Source: Methanothrix sp.
GTDB taxonomy: Archaea > Halobacteriota > Methanosarcinia > Methanotrichales > Methanotrichaceae
DNA length: 64,000 bases
Direction: 5' to 3'
NCBI GenBank assembly: GCA_037128175.1
Contig: JBAXWY010000005.1
Span: 32,001 to 96,000, forward strand
Position 1 is the first letter of the stretch. Every line of letters starts with the position of its first letter. The notes beneath the pieces are model-generated. The model was given only the letters and a program-made list of their open reading frames with translations. It did not search any database and was not told the DNA's origin. The translations under genes were made by a program, and so were the position numbers. Below are positions 19,845-29,915 of the stretch, piece after piece.

Positions 19845-21284
19845 TTAGAATTGGGCAGAATTCAATCCTCTGTATACGGAGACCAGGGTTCCAATTATGC
19901 ATAATATCCCCGCCAGTATCATCACTCGACTTATGGTCAGAGCGAGTAGCGCTGGCCCGGCCCCCACCAGGGTCCCGTGGTATCCTGCCTGGGCAAGCTG
20001 CAGCGATACCAGAACTCCTGAAAAGGAGACCCCCAATGCCATTCCCAGGTTTCTGATAGTGGCAGTGAAGCTGGAGGCGATGTTAATCTTTGCTCTGGGT
20101 AGAGCCCTCATTATCTCGGTGTTGTTAGGGCTCTGGAAGAAAACGCCACCTATGCCCATGGACACAAAGGTGAGCATCAACAACCGGGGGTCACAGCCTA
20201 TGCTTCCCGCCAGATATCCGAGGAGCATCATGGAAATTGCCATAATCAACATTCCCAGAGCGGCTAAGTAGCGAAACTGGTGTTTATCGTAGACCCAGCC
20301 GGTTACCGGCGCACCAATAACCATTATGGCCGGGACGATAAGGTAAATCAAACCCACTTGTGATGCCGTATAACCCATCACGCCTTCGAAATAGAATGGC
20401 CCCAGTATGGATATCATCAGGTTGGCCACAAAGAATAGTATCATGCTGATGCAGGGCAGCACAAACATCCTGTAGCGGAATATGGAGAGGTCCAGGAGCG
20501 GGGCCTTATGCCTGGACTCAGTTATCGCAAAAGCCGCCAGAGAGCCCAGAAAGATCAAGGCCAGGGCAAGAATTCCAGGCTGAAAGGTGAAACTAACAGA
20601 AAGTTGGCCTAATATTGCCATCAGAGAAACTATAAAGGTTATCAGGGTTACTGCTCCGATCCAGTCCACCTCTAAGCTGCGGGCTCTGATGTCCTCGATT
20701 CTCATGTACCGGGTAGAGAGCAGCAACTGCATTATGCCGATAGGAACGTTAATGAGGAAAATATACTTCCAGCCCAATAGATCTACAATAAAACCGCCCA
20801 ATGTGGGTCCCAACATACTGCCGATAGCGACAGTGGCTCCGATGTAACCCATGGCCCGGCCCTGCTCACCCCGAGGGAAAGCCTGAAAGATTATGGCCGA
20901 GCTTATGGAAAACATCATGGCCGCCCCCGTGGCCTGGATTATCCGGCAAAGCACAAGGAGGTTCAAGCTTGTGGAAATGCCGCAGGCCAAAGAACTGAAA
21001 GAAAAGAGGGCAATCCCGATAAAGAAGAGCCTGGCCTTGCCAACGTATTCTGCGACCTTGCCGAAGATCATCAGCAAGCTGGTAAGCGTGACAAGATAAG
21101 AGGTCATGATCATTTGTGACTGGGCGATGCTGACACGAAAATATGCGGTAATGGTGGGAAGGGCGATGCTGACCACGGAACCATCAACCACTGCCATCAA
21201 GACGCCTGTGAGAACAAGCAGCAAAACTATGTAACGATTCTTGCTACCCGATTCCAGCTCCAAATCCCTTTCTTCAGCGTGCAT
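19845..21284 (-). CDS. MFS transporter, DHA2/EmrB-QacA family
   Basis: About 14 TM; DGSVVSIALPTI, GPTLGG and WKYIFLINVPIG. Confidence 0.92.
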   Translation of the reverse strand: MHAEERDLELESGSKNRYIVLLLVLTGVLMAVVDGSVVSIALPTITAYFRVSIAQSQMIMTSYLVTLTSLLMIFGKVAEYVGKARLFFIGIALFSFSSLACGISTSLNLLVLCRIIQATGAAMMFSISSAIIFQAFPRGEQGRAMGYIGATVAIGSMLGPTLGGFIVDLLGWKYIFLINVPIGIMQLLLSTRYMRIEDIRARSLEVDWIGAVTLITFIVSLMAILGQLSVSFTFQPGILALALIFLGSLAAFAITESRHKAPLLDLSIFRYRMFVLPCISMILFFVANLMISILGPFYFEGVMGYTASQVGLIYLIVPAIMVIGAPVTGWVYDKHQFRYLAALGMLIMAISMMLLGYLAGSIGCDPRLLMLTFVSMGIGGVFFQSPNNTEIMRALPRAKINIASSFTATIRNLGMALGVSFSGVLVSLQLAQAGYHGTLVGAGPALLALTISRVMILAGILCIIGTLVSVYRGLNSAQF

Positions 21285-21424
21285 CCCTATTGAGCCTCAT
21301 TCCTTTTCCCAAGAGTAAATCTCCTTTTCCCGATCAAGAGTAGACCTCGCATGGCTACCCTTGATGAACTGGCTTGGCCCGTAAGTAAATTCCGGTTAAG
21401 ATTGTCATTGGGCAATGTGATATT

Positions 21425-22162
21425 ATGAATGTTCAAGATAAGATCGTCATCGTAACTGGTGCCTCATCGGGCATCGGCCTGGCTACTGCCAAACTTCTCG
21501 CGGAACACGGCGCGAAAGTCGTCCTCGTCTCTCGTTCCAAGGAGAAACTGGAGAAGCTCTCCAAGGAGATTCCATTATCTATTGCCATTGATGCCGATAT
21601 GACGAAGATCTCCGATATAAAAAGGGTGGTAGATCAAACGCAGGAGCATTTCGGAAGAATTGATATCCTGATCAACAATGCCGGGCAGGGATACGATGCT
21701 CCCATTGAAAAGACCAATATCGACACGTTTCATTATATCTTCGACCTTGATGTCGTCGGACCGCTTGCAGCCATGCAGCAAGTAATTCCCATCATGAGGA
21801 AGCTTGGTGGAGGAGCAATCATCAATATCAGCTCAGGATCGGCACTGATGTATCTGCCGAACATGGGTGCCTATTCGGCATCCAAGCGAGCTCTGGCCAA
21901 TATCAGCCTGACCGCGCGTGAAGAGCTGAAAAAGGATAATATTATTATCAGTGTGGTGTATCCCTATATTACACTCACTGATTTTGAGAATAACACCAGA
22001 AAAGAGCCTGCAGATAATGGCGGAGAGCAAGCAGGCAATGCCCCCTTTCCACCAGACTCTGCAGAATTAGTGGCCCATAAGATACTGGACGGCATAGAAA
22101 GCGGGGCGGCGGAAATCTTTGCCCATGATTGGATGAAGAAAATGGGCAGAAGAGAAGAATAA
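21425..22162 (+). CDS. Short-chain dehydrogenase/reductase
   Basis: TGASSGIG, NNAG and YSASK. Confidence 0.93.
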   Translation: MNVQDKIVIVTGASSGIGLATAKLLAEHGAKVVLVSRSKEKLEKLSKEIPLSIAIDADMTKISDIKRVVDQTQEHFGRIDILINNAGQGYDAPIEKTNIDTFHYIFDLDVVGPLAAMQQVIPIMRKLGGGAIINISSGSALMYLPNMGAYSASKRALANISLTAREELKKDNIIISVVYPYITLTDFENNTRKEPADNGGEQAGNAPFPPDSAELVAHKILDGIESGAAEIFAHDWMKKMGRREE

Positions 22163-22254
22163 CATTGCAGCTTTGCATTTTGAGGATACTGGAGAGCGTG
22201 AGGCACGATAAACGCCCCGCCCGAACACGCTGGCGCATGGGTCACAACTTTACT

Positions 22255-22495
22255 CCGCAGGAAGTGCGCCGCATATTAGTAATCGCGTCTGGAAGATGAG
22301 GTTGCCGGAAAACCCCTTAGGCGCGATGACGATTGTCTCCCTCCCGGCAGCTCTCGATCAGTATCCCTTTGTGCTTCGCCTCCTGGCTCGCTTCATGGGC
22401 CGGGGCGGCGATCAGCTCTCCTTACCGCCGGCTCCTGTCCACGCGCTCGCACCCGGCCCCCGGTCCTCCTATACGGCCTCTGGACAACAGCGGAT
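22255..22495 (-). pseudogene. Decayed fragment of mtxX (matches ~29226-29460)
   Basis: Shares GGAAGATGAGGTTGCCG, ATCAGTATCCCTTTGTGCTTCG and GTCCACGCGCTCGCACC with the intact gene; contains indels. Confidence 0.85.
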
Positions 22496-22509
22496 GGCCA
22501 CCTCGCTAT

Positions 22510-23391
22510 CTAGCTTTTTATGTTAGGGGTTGGAAGGTTAAATAGCACATTTCCGCCCCCTGATCCAATGGGTACATACAAGACGTTAGGGTTGGTCTTT
22601 ATTCCCTGAACAAATTCCCAGGAAACCAGTGTTGGCGTAACTGATTCTCCCTTGATACGGTTTGCCTCAGCAATGCCCTTTGCTTCAATGACCAGTCTCT
22701 TGGCTTCTTGCTCGGATTGCTGGATGGTGAACTGCATCTGCTGAGCTTGTTGCTGCTTCTGCTGTTTAATTGTAATGGCTTCCTGAAGCTCCTTTGGCAG
22801 ATAAATTCCCCTCAGCCAGACTCTTTCGATGATAATGCCGGTTTGACCAAGCTCTTGCTTAAGGTGCTTTTCAACATCCGCTTGAATTTCGGTCGACTTG
22901 TTTGTGTAAATATCTTCTGCTGTGTATTTTTTGATTTCAGACCGCAATAGGCCCATGAAAGAGGGGGTCAATTTTGTGTCGACATAGTCTCCTCTTACGG
23001 TTCGGTATATTTCGGGAGCTTTAGTCGGATCAAGATGCCAGAGCACGCTACTGTCAAGCTTTATTTCAAGACCTTCGCTCGTTAGCGTCCCAGTTACTTC
23101 TTTGTATTCTATTTGCTGGGTCTGAGTATTCATCTCATGAACTCCGGTGAGCGGATCTTTAAAATTGAATCCAGGACTGAGCACGATGTCGGAAACCACT
23201 CCGAACCGGTCCAGCACGCCGACATTACCGGCTGGAATTACTGCTATAAAGGATCCTCCCACTAGTCCAAGCACTATCAGGGATATGATTGCAATTACGA
23301 GGAATGCCTTTAACCCAAAAGAAAACGTTGGAGTCTTGGGCATCTTCTGCTTTATTTTCTCTCTTAATATATCGCTATCTATTCCGCTCAT
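22510..23391 (-). CDS. SPFH/prohibitin family membrane protein
   Basis: N-terminal TM, IPAGNVGV..RFG, Q/E-rich coiled coil and EAKGIAEAN. Confidence 0.88.
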   Translation of the reverse strand: MSGIDSDILREKIKQKMPKTPTFSFGLKAFLVIAIISLIVLGLVGGSFIAVIPAGNVGVLDRFGVVSDIVLSPGFNFKDPLTGVHEMNTQTQQIEYKEVTGTLTSEGLEIKLDSSVLWHLDPTKAPEIYRTVRGDYVDTKLTPSFMGLLRSEIKKYTAEDIYTNKSTEIQADVEKHLKQELGQTGIIIERVWLRGIYLPKELQEAITIKQQKQQQAQQMQFTIQQSEQEAKRLVIEAKGIAEANRIKGESVTPTLVSWEFVQGIKTNPNVLYVPIGSGGGNVLFNLPTPNIKS

Positions 23392-23462
23392 CTATTAGAG
23401 AATTAGAACGTCTAAGAATTTAGTTCTGTCGATAAGAGTCTCGCGAAATGAACAAATGCATA

Positions 23463-24359
23463 TCACGCCATCTCTCCGTAAAATTTGAAGACCGTGTATG
23501 AGTTTCCAACAACTTGAATCTCTGACATTCCAAAGAACTCCTTATTCCAATTCGTGGGCAGATATCTTGCGATCGCTAACATAGCCCCGCTGATCAGCAA
23601 TACTATGAAGAAGAACAATCTTTTTTCAATGAATGAAAAGGCACCGACGAGTAAGCAAATCAAGGACACTATCGCCATTGCATTTCCCCAGCCAATATGT
23701 TTCAGTCCGCCCGTTATTTGGATTGTGTTATCATCCACCCTTTCAGCAAGCAGCATGATATTATTCATGTTGATTGCCATAGATTCTTCCACCCGCTGAT
23801 TGGTGCCTACCACGTTTGACGGGTTTTCAAAGTCAAATTGCGCCCCGTTGTCAGTCATAATTACCAAAGGAAGATCAAAGCATCCCAAGAAGTTTCCACT
23901 TGTGTGCTTGCCATCAATTACATACTCGGTTACCAGTTCAAGCGGTTTGATTTTACTAACCAGTGCGACTTTTTCCGAGTCGGATGGAACTTTGACAAGC
24001 CTTGCCAAATTAAACAGGTCGCTAGCGGCTTTTGCAGAGTCAAAATCCCTTAACCGATTCAAGGCTTCTTTATCGTTGCTGAAAATGAAATCATCAACGA
24101 CCTCAGGGAAAACGTTCTGCCCAGGGGTCTTGTAGCGATTCTTAATTGCTTTTTTCAACTCCCCTACGCTCACCAGGAATACCGGTCCAAGGATTTCTAT
24201 CTTATTCTCTGTTGTAATAATTTTGGGATTGTGAAGCTTCACTGCTCTTGCAGAAGCTTTTCCGCCGATCTTTTTTGAAGGTAGATGAGAGGTGGCAGCA
24301 AGTGTTATCGCCTCAATCTCTTTATCCATCAAATTGGAGATCTCTTGGATTTCATTCAT
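23463..24359 (-). CDS. Hypothetical protein with two C-terminal TM helices
   Basis: 298-aa ORF, 4 bp from the preceding gene. Confidence 0.7.
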   Translation of the reverse strand: MNEIQEISNLMDKEIEAITLAATSHLPSKKIGGKASARAVKLHNPKIITTENKIEILGPVFLVSVGELKKAIKNRYKTPGQNVFPEVVDDFIFSNDKEALNRLRDFDSAKAASDLFNLARLVKVPSDSEKVALVSKIKPLELVTEYVIDGKHTSGNFLGCFDLPLVIMTDNGAQFDFENPSNVVGTNQRVEESMAINMNNIMLLAERVDDNTIQITGGLKHIGWGNAMAIVSLICLLVGAFSFIEKRLFFFIVLLISGAMLAIARYLPTNWNKEFFGMSEIQVVGNSYTVFKFYGEMA

Positions 24360-24363
24360 AGCT

Positions 24364-24963
24364 TCACCGCTCTAGGATGACAACATAAAAGGGACTGCTA
24401 ATATACACCGTCCCCGTTTGGCGGTATATCCGATCGTCTATCTGCACTATATCTGGATCGGTTCTGGGCAGGACCTTTAAAGCCTCAGCCGGAGTATCAA
24501 GGTCCTTTGTGACATCAGAGTACTTGGGTCCGGTTATTGAGGTTTCGCCTCCCTTCACGTAGAGCACATCCGGATCTTGGCATGACTGAAAAACCATGTC
24601 GCTTTCCGCCAGACTCACTTCAAGATTTTCGGGATTATCTACGTTGCTGCATGTCAATTGTCTCCCCTTAAAAGATTCGCCGAATCCTGAGATTCTTATC
24701 GACAGCAATTCGCTGGCGCCGGCAACCATGATTACTTTTCTTGAAACAAAGTATCGAATAGGGGAGTGCTTAAACTCGAAATCCTTGCAAGCCGCCAATC
24801 GTCTGGCCGTTTCCGGATCGATTTGCCCTTGTCTCGCAATTTCTATTAGCTCTTGATTCATCGTTCTCAAGATCGTTGAACCTGCATTTATATCAATTGG
24901 AGCCCGTAGAAGATCTATGCCCAATTCCCCTGAGGCCCTATCCTTTCTATTTTCTAAGTTCAA
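24364..24963 (-). CDS. Hypothetical protein
   Basis: 199-aa ORF tightly packed between neighbours. Confidence 0.6.
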   Translation of the reverse strand: MNLENRKDRASGELGIDLLRAPIDINAGSTILRTMNQELIEIARQGQIDPETARRLAACKDFEFKHSPIRYFVSRKVIMVAGASELLSIRISGFGESFKGRQLTCSNVDNPENLEVSLAESDMVFQSCQDPDVLYVKGGETSITGPKYSDVTKDLDTPAEALKVLPRTDPDIVQIDDRIYRQTGTVYISSPFYVVILER

Positions 24964-24978
24964 AAAAGATGTGGTGAT

Positions 24979-26331
24979 CTAAAAATAGACCGCCGTTCCT
25001 GGTTCCACGTTGATTATCTTCAGGACTCCCCGTTGGAAGAACATGGTCTTAGGGTAGTTAAACTGGCCATCATAAACTCTAATGTCATGGTTCTGATTGC
25101 CAACAACACTAAAGCTGAACCTTCCGTCCAGAGCATCTCCAATCGTACCTTCAGTGCCGATTAATGTGCCATCCAAAAATACTTGATATCCACGCATACC
25201 TTGGGACACTATTGTTGCAGGCGTGTCCCCATAAGTTGGAGACGGTGTTGTTACTGGCGGCAGAGTCTGAGTTGGAGGATAGGTAGCAACTGGCGGTTGG
25301 TATGGCGGATTGTAGCTCGTAACATCGATGACTATCGAATTACTCACTTGACCGCCAATAACGAAGAGCAGTATGTGCTGCCCGATTTCACCCGCGTTGA
25401 ATCCTATCTGGCTGTTTCCAGGGAAGAAGTTGAAGCTGTTCTTGGACAGTATTCCATTGGGATTTATCTCATATAGGTATCCATTGCCTCCGGGGGAAGT
25501 TGTTGCCAAGAGGGACAGACTGGATCCTTGTGGAACTACGGCGTACTGCGTCCAGCTTGTGGCACCCCGTATCCACAGAGAATTGCCTCCTGTATATGTG
25601 GCATAAGTCTGGTACTGAGAGTATGGCACCTCTTGCATCTGGTAACCGAAGTAGAGTGTGGATGGAGCAATCTGTATCGAATATTTCTGAGGCGCGATGA
25701 TGTGGGTGCTTGCAGCAACCGAAGACGACATAGAATAATACTGGGAATACTGCAAGATGGAATTCGAACTGATCTTTTGGCCAACTTGCGAGGATGTGCC
25801 TTGCTGCATGGTGGCTTGAGTCTGAACTTGACTGCTGGATGTTTTAGTTGAAGACTGGCTGGTAGATCCAGCAATTATGGTTTGGCCGAGAGATGATGAC
25901 GTTTCTGTGGTGGCAGTCACCTTTATCGTGCCGCTTATTGCTGTATCTATGAGGCTATAAGTGTATTCGCCAGAAGTGCCATAATAAAACGAGAACTTTT
26001 TGCCTGCATTTATGACCACCGAATTGAATTGTCCGTTGCTGCTTAATACATGTACCTTTCCATCCTGGTTATGCCATGTTACAATTGTTCCTTCGGGCAC
26101 CAGCAGAATTGAGGGCTTGAATGAATCATCCTTGATATTTATGGTATATGCAGAGCCACCATTTCCAGAGGCATCCGATTCTTTGTCCTTATTTCCAGAG
26201 CCACTATTTCCGGGGGAATACGATTGATCTTTGTCCTTTCCATTACCTTTGCCCTGATCATTATCCTTGACAGCTATGCTGGACGAGCTAATGACAAGAA
26301 GCAACATCAATATAAGCAAATATCTTTTCAT
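24979..26331 (-). CDS. Secreted protein with cupredoxin-like domain, S/T/Q linker and PEGA-like C-terminus
   Basis: Signal peptide; INIKDDSFKP..VPEGTIVTWHNQD..H cupredoxin pattern. Confidence 0.75.
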   Translation of the reverse strand: MKRYLLILMLLLVISSSSIAVKDNDQGKGNGKDKDQSYSPGNSGSGNKDKESDASGNGGSAYTINIKDDSFKPSILLVPEGTIVTWHNQDGKVHVLSSNGQFNSVVINAGKKFSFYYGTSGEYTYSLIDTAISGTIKVTATTETSSSLGQTIIAGSTSQSSTKTSSSQVQTQATMQQGTSSQVGQKISSNSILQYSQYYSMSSSVAASTHIIAPQKYSIQIAPSTLYFGYQMQEVPYSQYQTYATYTGGNSLWIRGATSWTQYAVVPQGSSLSLLATTSPGGNGYLYEINPNGILSKNSFNFFPGNSQIGFNAGEIGQHILLFVIGGQVSNSIVIDVTSYNPPYQPPVATYPPTQTLPPVTTPSPTYGDTPATIVSQGMRGYQVFLDGTLIGTEGTIGDALDGRFSFSVVGNQNHDIRVYDGQFNYPKTMFFQRGVLKIINVEPGTAVYF

Positions 26332-26499
26332 TATCCATTCTCCTATATAGATTCGCTATATAACAATAATACTCTTACTACTTATAATAGTGGCCTTTAT
26401 GTGTTGAAGAATCCAAAGATTTAAATGTTGGTATTTCAACCAATGAGACAACCATATTTTTCAATTGGCGGACGGATTTTCCATGGTCGTATACTTCCC

Positions 26500-26675
26500 C
26501 ATCATCCCCGCTCTGGCGCTTGCCGGCATCATCCAGCCCGTCGAACCCGCCCCTGGGCCCTACCGGAGTCCATGAAAGATAACTGTCTATCAGCATCGAG
26601 CAGCTATAGGGATGCGCCCCGAATTGCGCCCCGAATAATAGAAGCAGCGTTTAGAAGATGATGTGGCCCGCGACA
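26500..26675 (-). pseudogene. Second decayed fragment of the mtxX 3' end (matches ~29128-29283)
   Basis: CCGTCGAACCC.CCCCTGG, GGAGTCCA and ATCAGCA are colinear with the intact gene; encodes RGGFDG as in MtxX; internal 12-bp tandem duplication TGCGCCCCGAAT. Confidence 0.8.
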
Positions 26676-26710
26676 AAATTTCTGTTAAAATTTGTCTTTC
26701 CAGTCCGGCA

Positions 26711-27283
26711 TTACTTTATCGGCTGATAGCGGAGCCAGACGATTCCATTCTTGAACGTTCTTGCTTCGAGCAAATTCAGGTTCATCTTTTGTACATCTGC
26801 AAATAAGTTCTTGCCTGCACCCAAGATAACGGGATTGACCTGGAGTATGCATTCGTCAATAAGGCCGAGATTGGCAAACTGTTGTACTATGGTGCCGCTT
26901 CCCAATATTGCAATACCTTTGCCCTCTTGCTCTTTCAGTCTAATCATTTCTCCCAGGTTAATTTCATGAAGGAGCTTGATGTTTTTCCAACGAGGACCTT
27001 CCTCAACGCTTTGCAGGGTCTTTGAAAAGACTATTTTCGGGATATTGTTCATGACCTCTGCCATAATGGGATTGTTCTTAATTGCATCAGGAGTGGGCCA
27101 GTAACTACTCATCAGTTCATAGGTCGTACGGCCGAAGATCAGCAAATCACCTGATTTCGGCTGCTCACGGGAAAACTCATCGTACTCATCATCTCTATCA
27201 ACTTTAAACCAATCTATCTCACCGTGCGGCCCTGCAAAGTAGCCGTCAACTGTAACATTATTGAATACGACGATTTTTCTCAT
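26711..27283 (-). CDS. Dihydrofolate reductase/RibD C-terminal family protein
   Basis: MRKIVVFNNVTVDGYFAGP, FGRTTYE, PKIVFSKTL and PVILGAGK; start placed at internal ATG. Confidence 0.9.
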   Translation of the reverse strand: MRKIVVFNNVTVDGYFAGPHGEIDWFKVDRDDEYDEFSREQPKSGDLLIFGRTTYELMSSYWPTPDAIKNNPIMAEVMNNIPKIVFSKTLQSVEEGPRWKNIKLLHEINLGEMIRLKEQEGKGIAILGSGTIVQQFANLGLIDECILQVNPVILGAGKNLFADVQKMNLNLLEARTFKNGIVWLRYQPIK

Positions 27284-27412
27284 ATATTCACATCCACACG
27301 CACAATGTTTAGTTTTATCTTTATAAATAGATTTTTGCCACCAGCAAAAATATTGAGTAGATTGCAATGTCTGTAGAAAAATTTAAATACTATTCATATT
27401 AATAACCCCTTT

Positions 27413-29083
27413 GTGCACCAGATAACATTTGGCCACAAGATAAGGCTTTTAATCATAATGGGCGTGCTGTTGTCATCCATCATATTTTCTCAAGGATCTC
27501 CATGCACCGAAAATGTGAGTTATGCCTCCTCTGGATCCGTTTTCGATGCAGTCCGATTACTGCAATGGACGGGGTACGTGGGCGTCGTGCCCTATTGGCC
27601 GGGACCGTTGATCTATGTCGAAATTCATAATAATCCTCCAGAAATACCGATTATCCCCGTGGGATCGGCCAATGGCGTCCCTGCTGCATCCTATAGCTAT
27701 TCCACCTTTGCCGTCGATCCGGATGCAGACCAGGTTACGTACACCTTCGATTGGGGTGACGCAGCTGAATCGAACACGCCTCTCATCAATTCGGGTGTTG
27801 CTGCGAGCGCTAATCACACATGGAGCAAGGCCGGGAAATATAGGATCAGAATCATGGCCACCGATAGCAAGGGCGCCTTCTCCGAATGGTCGAAGCCGCT
27901 TAACATCACCATAAATACGCCGCCAGGCAAACCCAATGCGCCATCCGGCCCAGTTTCAAGCAGGCCTGGCTCTACCAATAATTATACCGTATCCTCCACT
28001 GATCCAGACGAAGATCAGATGAAGTACACACTTGATTGGGGTGATGGAACTGAATCGATCACCGGCTTTCTCGTCTCCGGTGCAAAAGCGAGCGCGAATC
28101 ATACCTGGAAGAAAGCCGGAACATACCGGATCAGAGCCAATGCCGTTGACGAAAGGGGGTCATCCTCCGGATGGTCAGAGGCGCAAAATGTCATCATAAA
28201 TTCTCCCCCCGATAACCCCTCCAAACCATCCGGCCCCGGATCGGTCTATGCCTGGGCCGCATATACTTACACTTCATTGGCATCCGACCCAGACGGAGAT
28301 GAAACCGAGTACATCTTCGACTGGGGAGACGGAAATAATTCCAGTACGAATCTGATCAGATCCGGCAGCAATGCAAGTGCAGTGCACAGTTGGAGGAATG
28401 ATGGAGACTACCGGGTCAGAGCCATTGCCAGAGATCGGATGGGAGCCCCATCAAATTGGTCCGAAAATTTGACAGTAACCGTTATTGCAAACAGCAAACC
28501 CAATAAACCAAAGGAGCTATTCGGACCGAGCTCTGGCTACACAGGGATCGCTCACAGCTACTTTACAATGGCTAAGGATAACGATAGTGACAAAGTTATG
28601 TACTCTTTCGATTGGGGTGATGGGACGACCTCTACTACTGAGATGGTCGATTCCGGCTCAGTTGAAAGCGCACCTCATACCTGGTCCAAAGCGGGAAGGT
28701 TCCGGATCAAAGCCAACGCTACCGACAGCAAAGGCGCATCATCAGGGTGGACGGATCTTATGAATGTAACTATCAGCGACAATGATCCACCCCATTCACC
28801 GATCGTGCCGGCGGGACCGACATCTGGACGAAGCAAGGCCACTTACAGATATGCTACATCTGCAAACGATCCCGATGGAGACCGGGTCAAGTATGTCTTC
28901 GACTGGGGAGATAAAACCACTTCCTGGACAGGTTTGGTCTTCATCGAATCCGGAAAGAAGGAAAGCGTATCTCACAAATGGAGCCAGGCCGGAACATACC
29001 AGGTCAAAGCCATGGCCCTCGACGATAAAGGAGCGACATCAGGATGGTCGAATTCGCTGGTTATCAATATATCCTCGGACTAA
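27413..29083 (+). CDS. Secreted protein with five PKD domains
   Basis: Five ~95-aa repeats with DPD.D...Y.(F/L)DWGD and H.W...G.Y motifs. Confidence 0.9.
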   Translation: MHQITFGHKIRLLIIMGVLLSSIIFSQGSPCTENVSYASSGSVFDAVRLLQWTGYVGVVPYWPGPLIYVEIHNNPPEIPIIPVGSANGVPAASYSYSTFAVDPDADQVTYTFDWGDAAESNTPLINSGVAASANHTWSKAGKYRIRIMATDSKGAFSEWSKPLNITINTPPGKPNAPSGPVSSRPGSTNNYTVSSTDPDEDQMKYTLDWGDGTESITGFLVSGAKASANHTWKKAGTYRIRANAVDERGSSSGWSEAQNVIINSPPDNPSKPSGPGSVYAWAAYTYTSLASDPDGDETEYIFDWGDGNNSSTNLIRSGSNASAVHSWRNDGDYRVRAIARDRMGAPSNWSENLTVTVIANSKPNKPKELFGPSSGYTGIAHSYFTMAKDNDSDKVMYSFDWGDGTTSTTEMVDSGSVESAPHTWSKAGRFRIKANATDSKGASSGWTDLMNVTISDNDPPHSPIVPAGPTSGRSKATYRYATSANDPDGDRVKYVFDWGDKTTSWTGLVFIESGKKESVSHKWSQAGTYQVKAMALDDKGATSGWSNSLVINISSD

Positions 29084-29107
29084 AAAGCTGTTCGCTTGCA
29101 TGATATT

Positions 29108-29914
29108 CTATTCCCTATCCATCTCCCTCATCCCTGCCATGGCACTCGCCAGCATCACCGGTCCGTCGAACCCTCCCCTGGCCCGGCTGGAGTCCACGAA
29201 GACCTTGTCCATCAGCACCGGCGCGCCGTAGGACGAAGCCCCACATAATAGTAATAGCGTTCGGAAGATGAGGTTGCCGCAAATGCCATCGGGTGCGATG
29301 ACGATGTCGTCTCCCCGGCAGCTCTCAATCAGTATCCCTTTGTGCTTCGTCGCCAGGCCCGCCTCCTGGGCCCGGGCTGCGATCAGCTCGCCTTCCAGAA
29401 GACTTCGGTCCACGCGCTCGCACCGGCCCATGTCCTCCATCCGCCCGCCCGAGAGCACGGCCCCCTTTGCCGCCAGGTCCATGCCCTGCAGGAATTTCGC
29501 TCCTCCCAGCAAGAGCTCCAGCCGGTCCGACACAGTTTCGCCCTCATCGATGCCCACCGGCCCCAGCAGGAAGGCCCAGCCGGACAGCTCCAGCAGGGCC
29601 AGACGCCGCACGCGGATCTGAAACTGCTCTGCAACGGCCCGCATGGTCCTTCCTGCTGGCAGGTTTCCCCTCACCGCCCCATCAATCTCGCCCTCGGCCA
29701 AAAGGCGCACCAGCTCCTTCCAGGGCTCTTTGCAGGCGACATAATCGAGAGCACAGTCGCAGCAGGGATCGCCTACCAGGAGCAGATCGGCATATTTCGT
29801 GGCTGACTGGAGGGAAGCGATCAGCTCTGCATCTGCATTCCAGATGCCAATGCCGATGCGGGCGTGCCTGGATCTGGCCTTTTCCTGTAGTGAGCGCACA
29901 AAGTTAGAGTCCAT
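29108..29914 (-). CDS. mtxX: Methanogenesis marker protein Mmp4/MtxX
   Basis: IDGAVRGNL, LGPVGIDEG, LSGGRMEDMGR, APDGICGNLIFRTL and FVDSSR. Confidence 0.88.
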   Translation of the reverse strand: MDSNFVRSLQEKARSRHARIGIGIWNADAELIASLQSATKYADLLLVGDPCCDCALDYVACKEPWKELVRLLAEGEIDGAVRGNLPAGRTMRAVAEQFQIRVRRLALLELSGWAFLLGPVGIDEGETVSDRLELLLGGAKFLQGMDLAAKGAVLSGGRMEDMGRCERVDRSLLEGELIAARAQEAGLATKHKGILIESCRGDDIVIAPDGICGNLIFRTLLLLCGASSYGAPVLMDKVFVDSSRARGGFDGPVMLASAMAGMREMDRE

Positions 29915-29915
29915 A

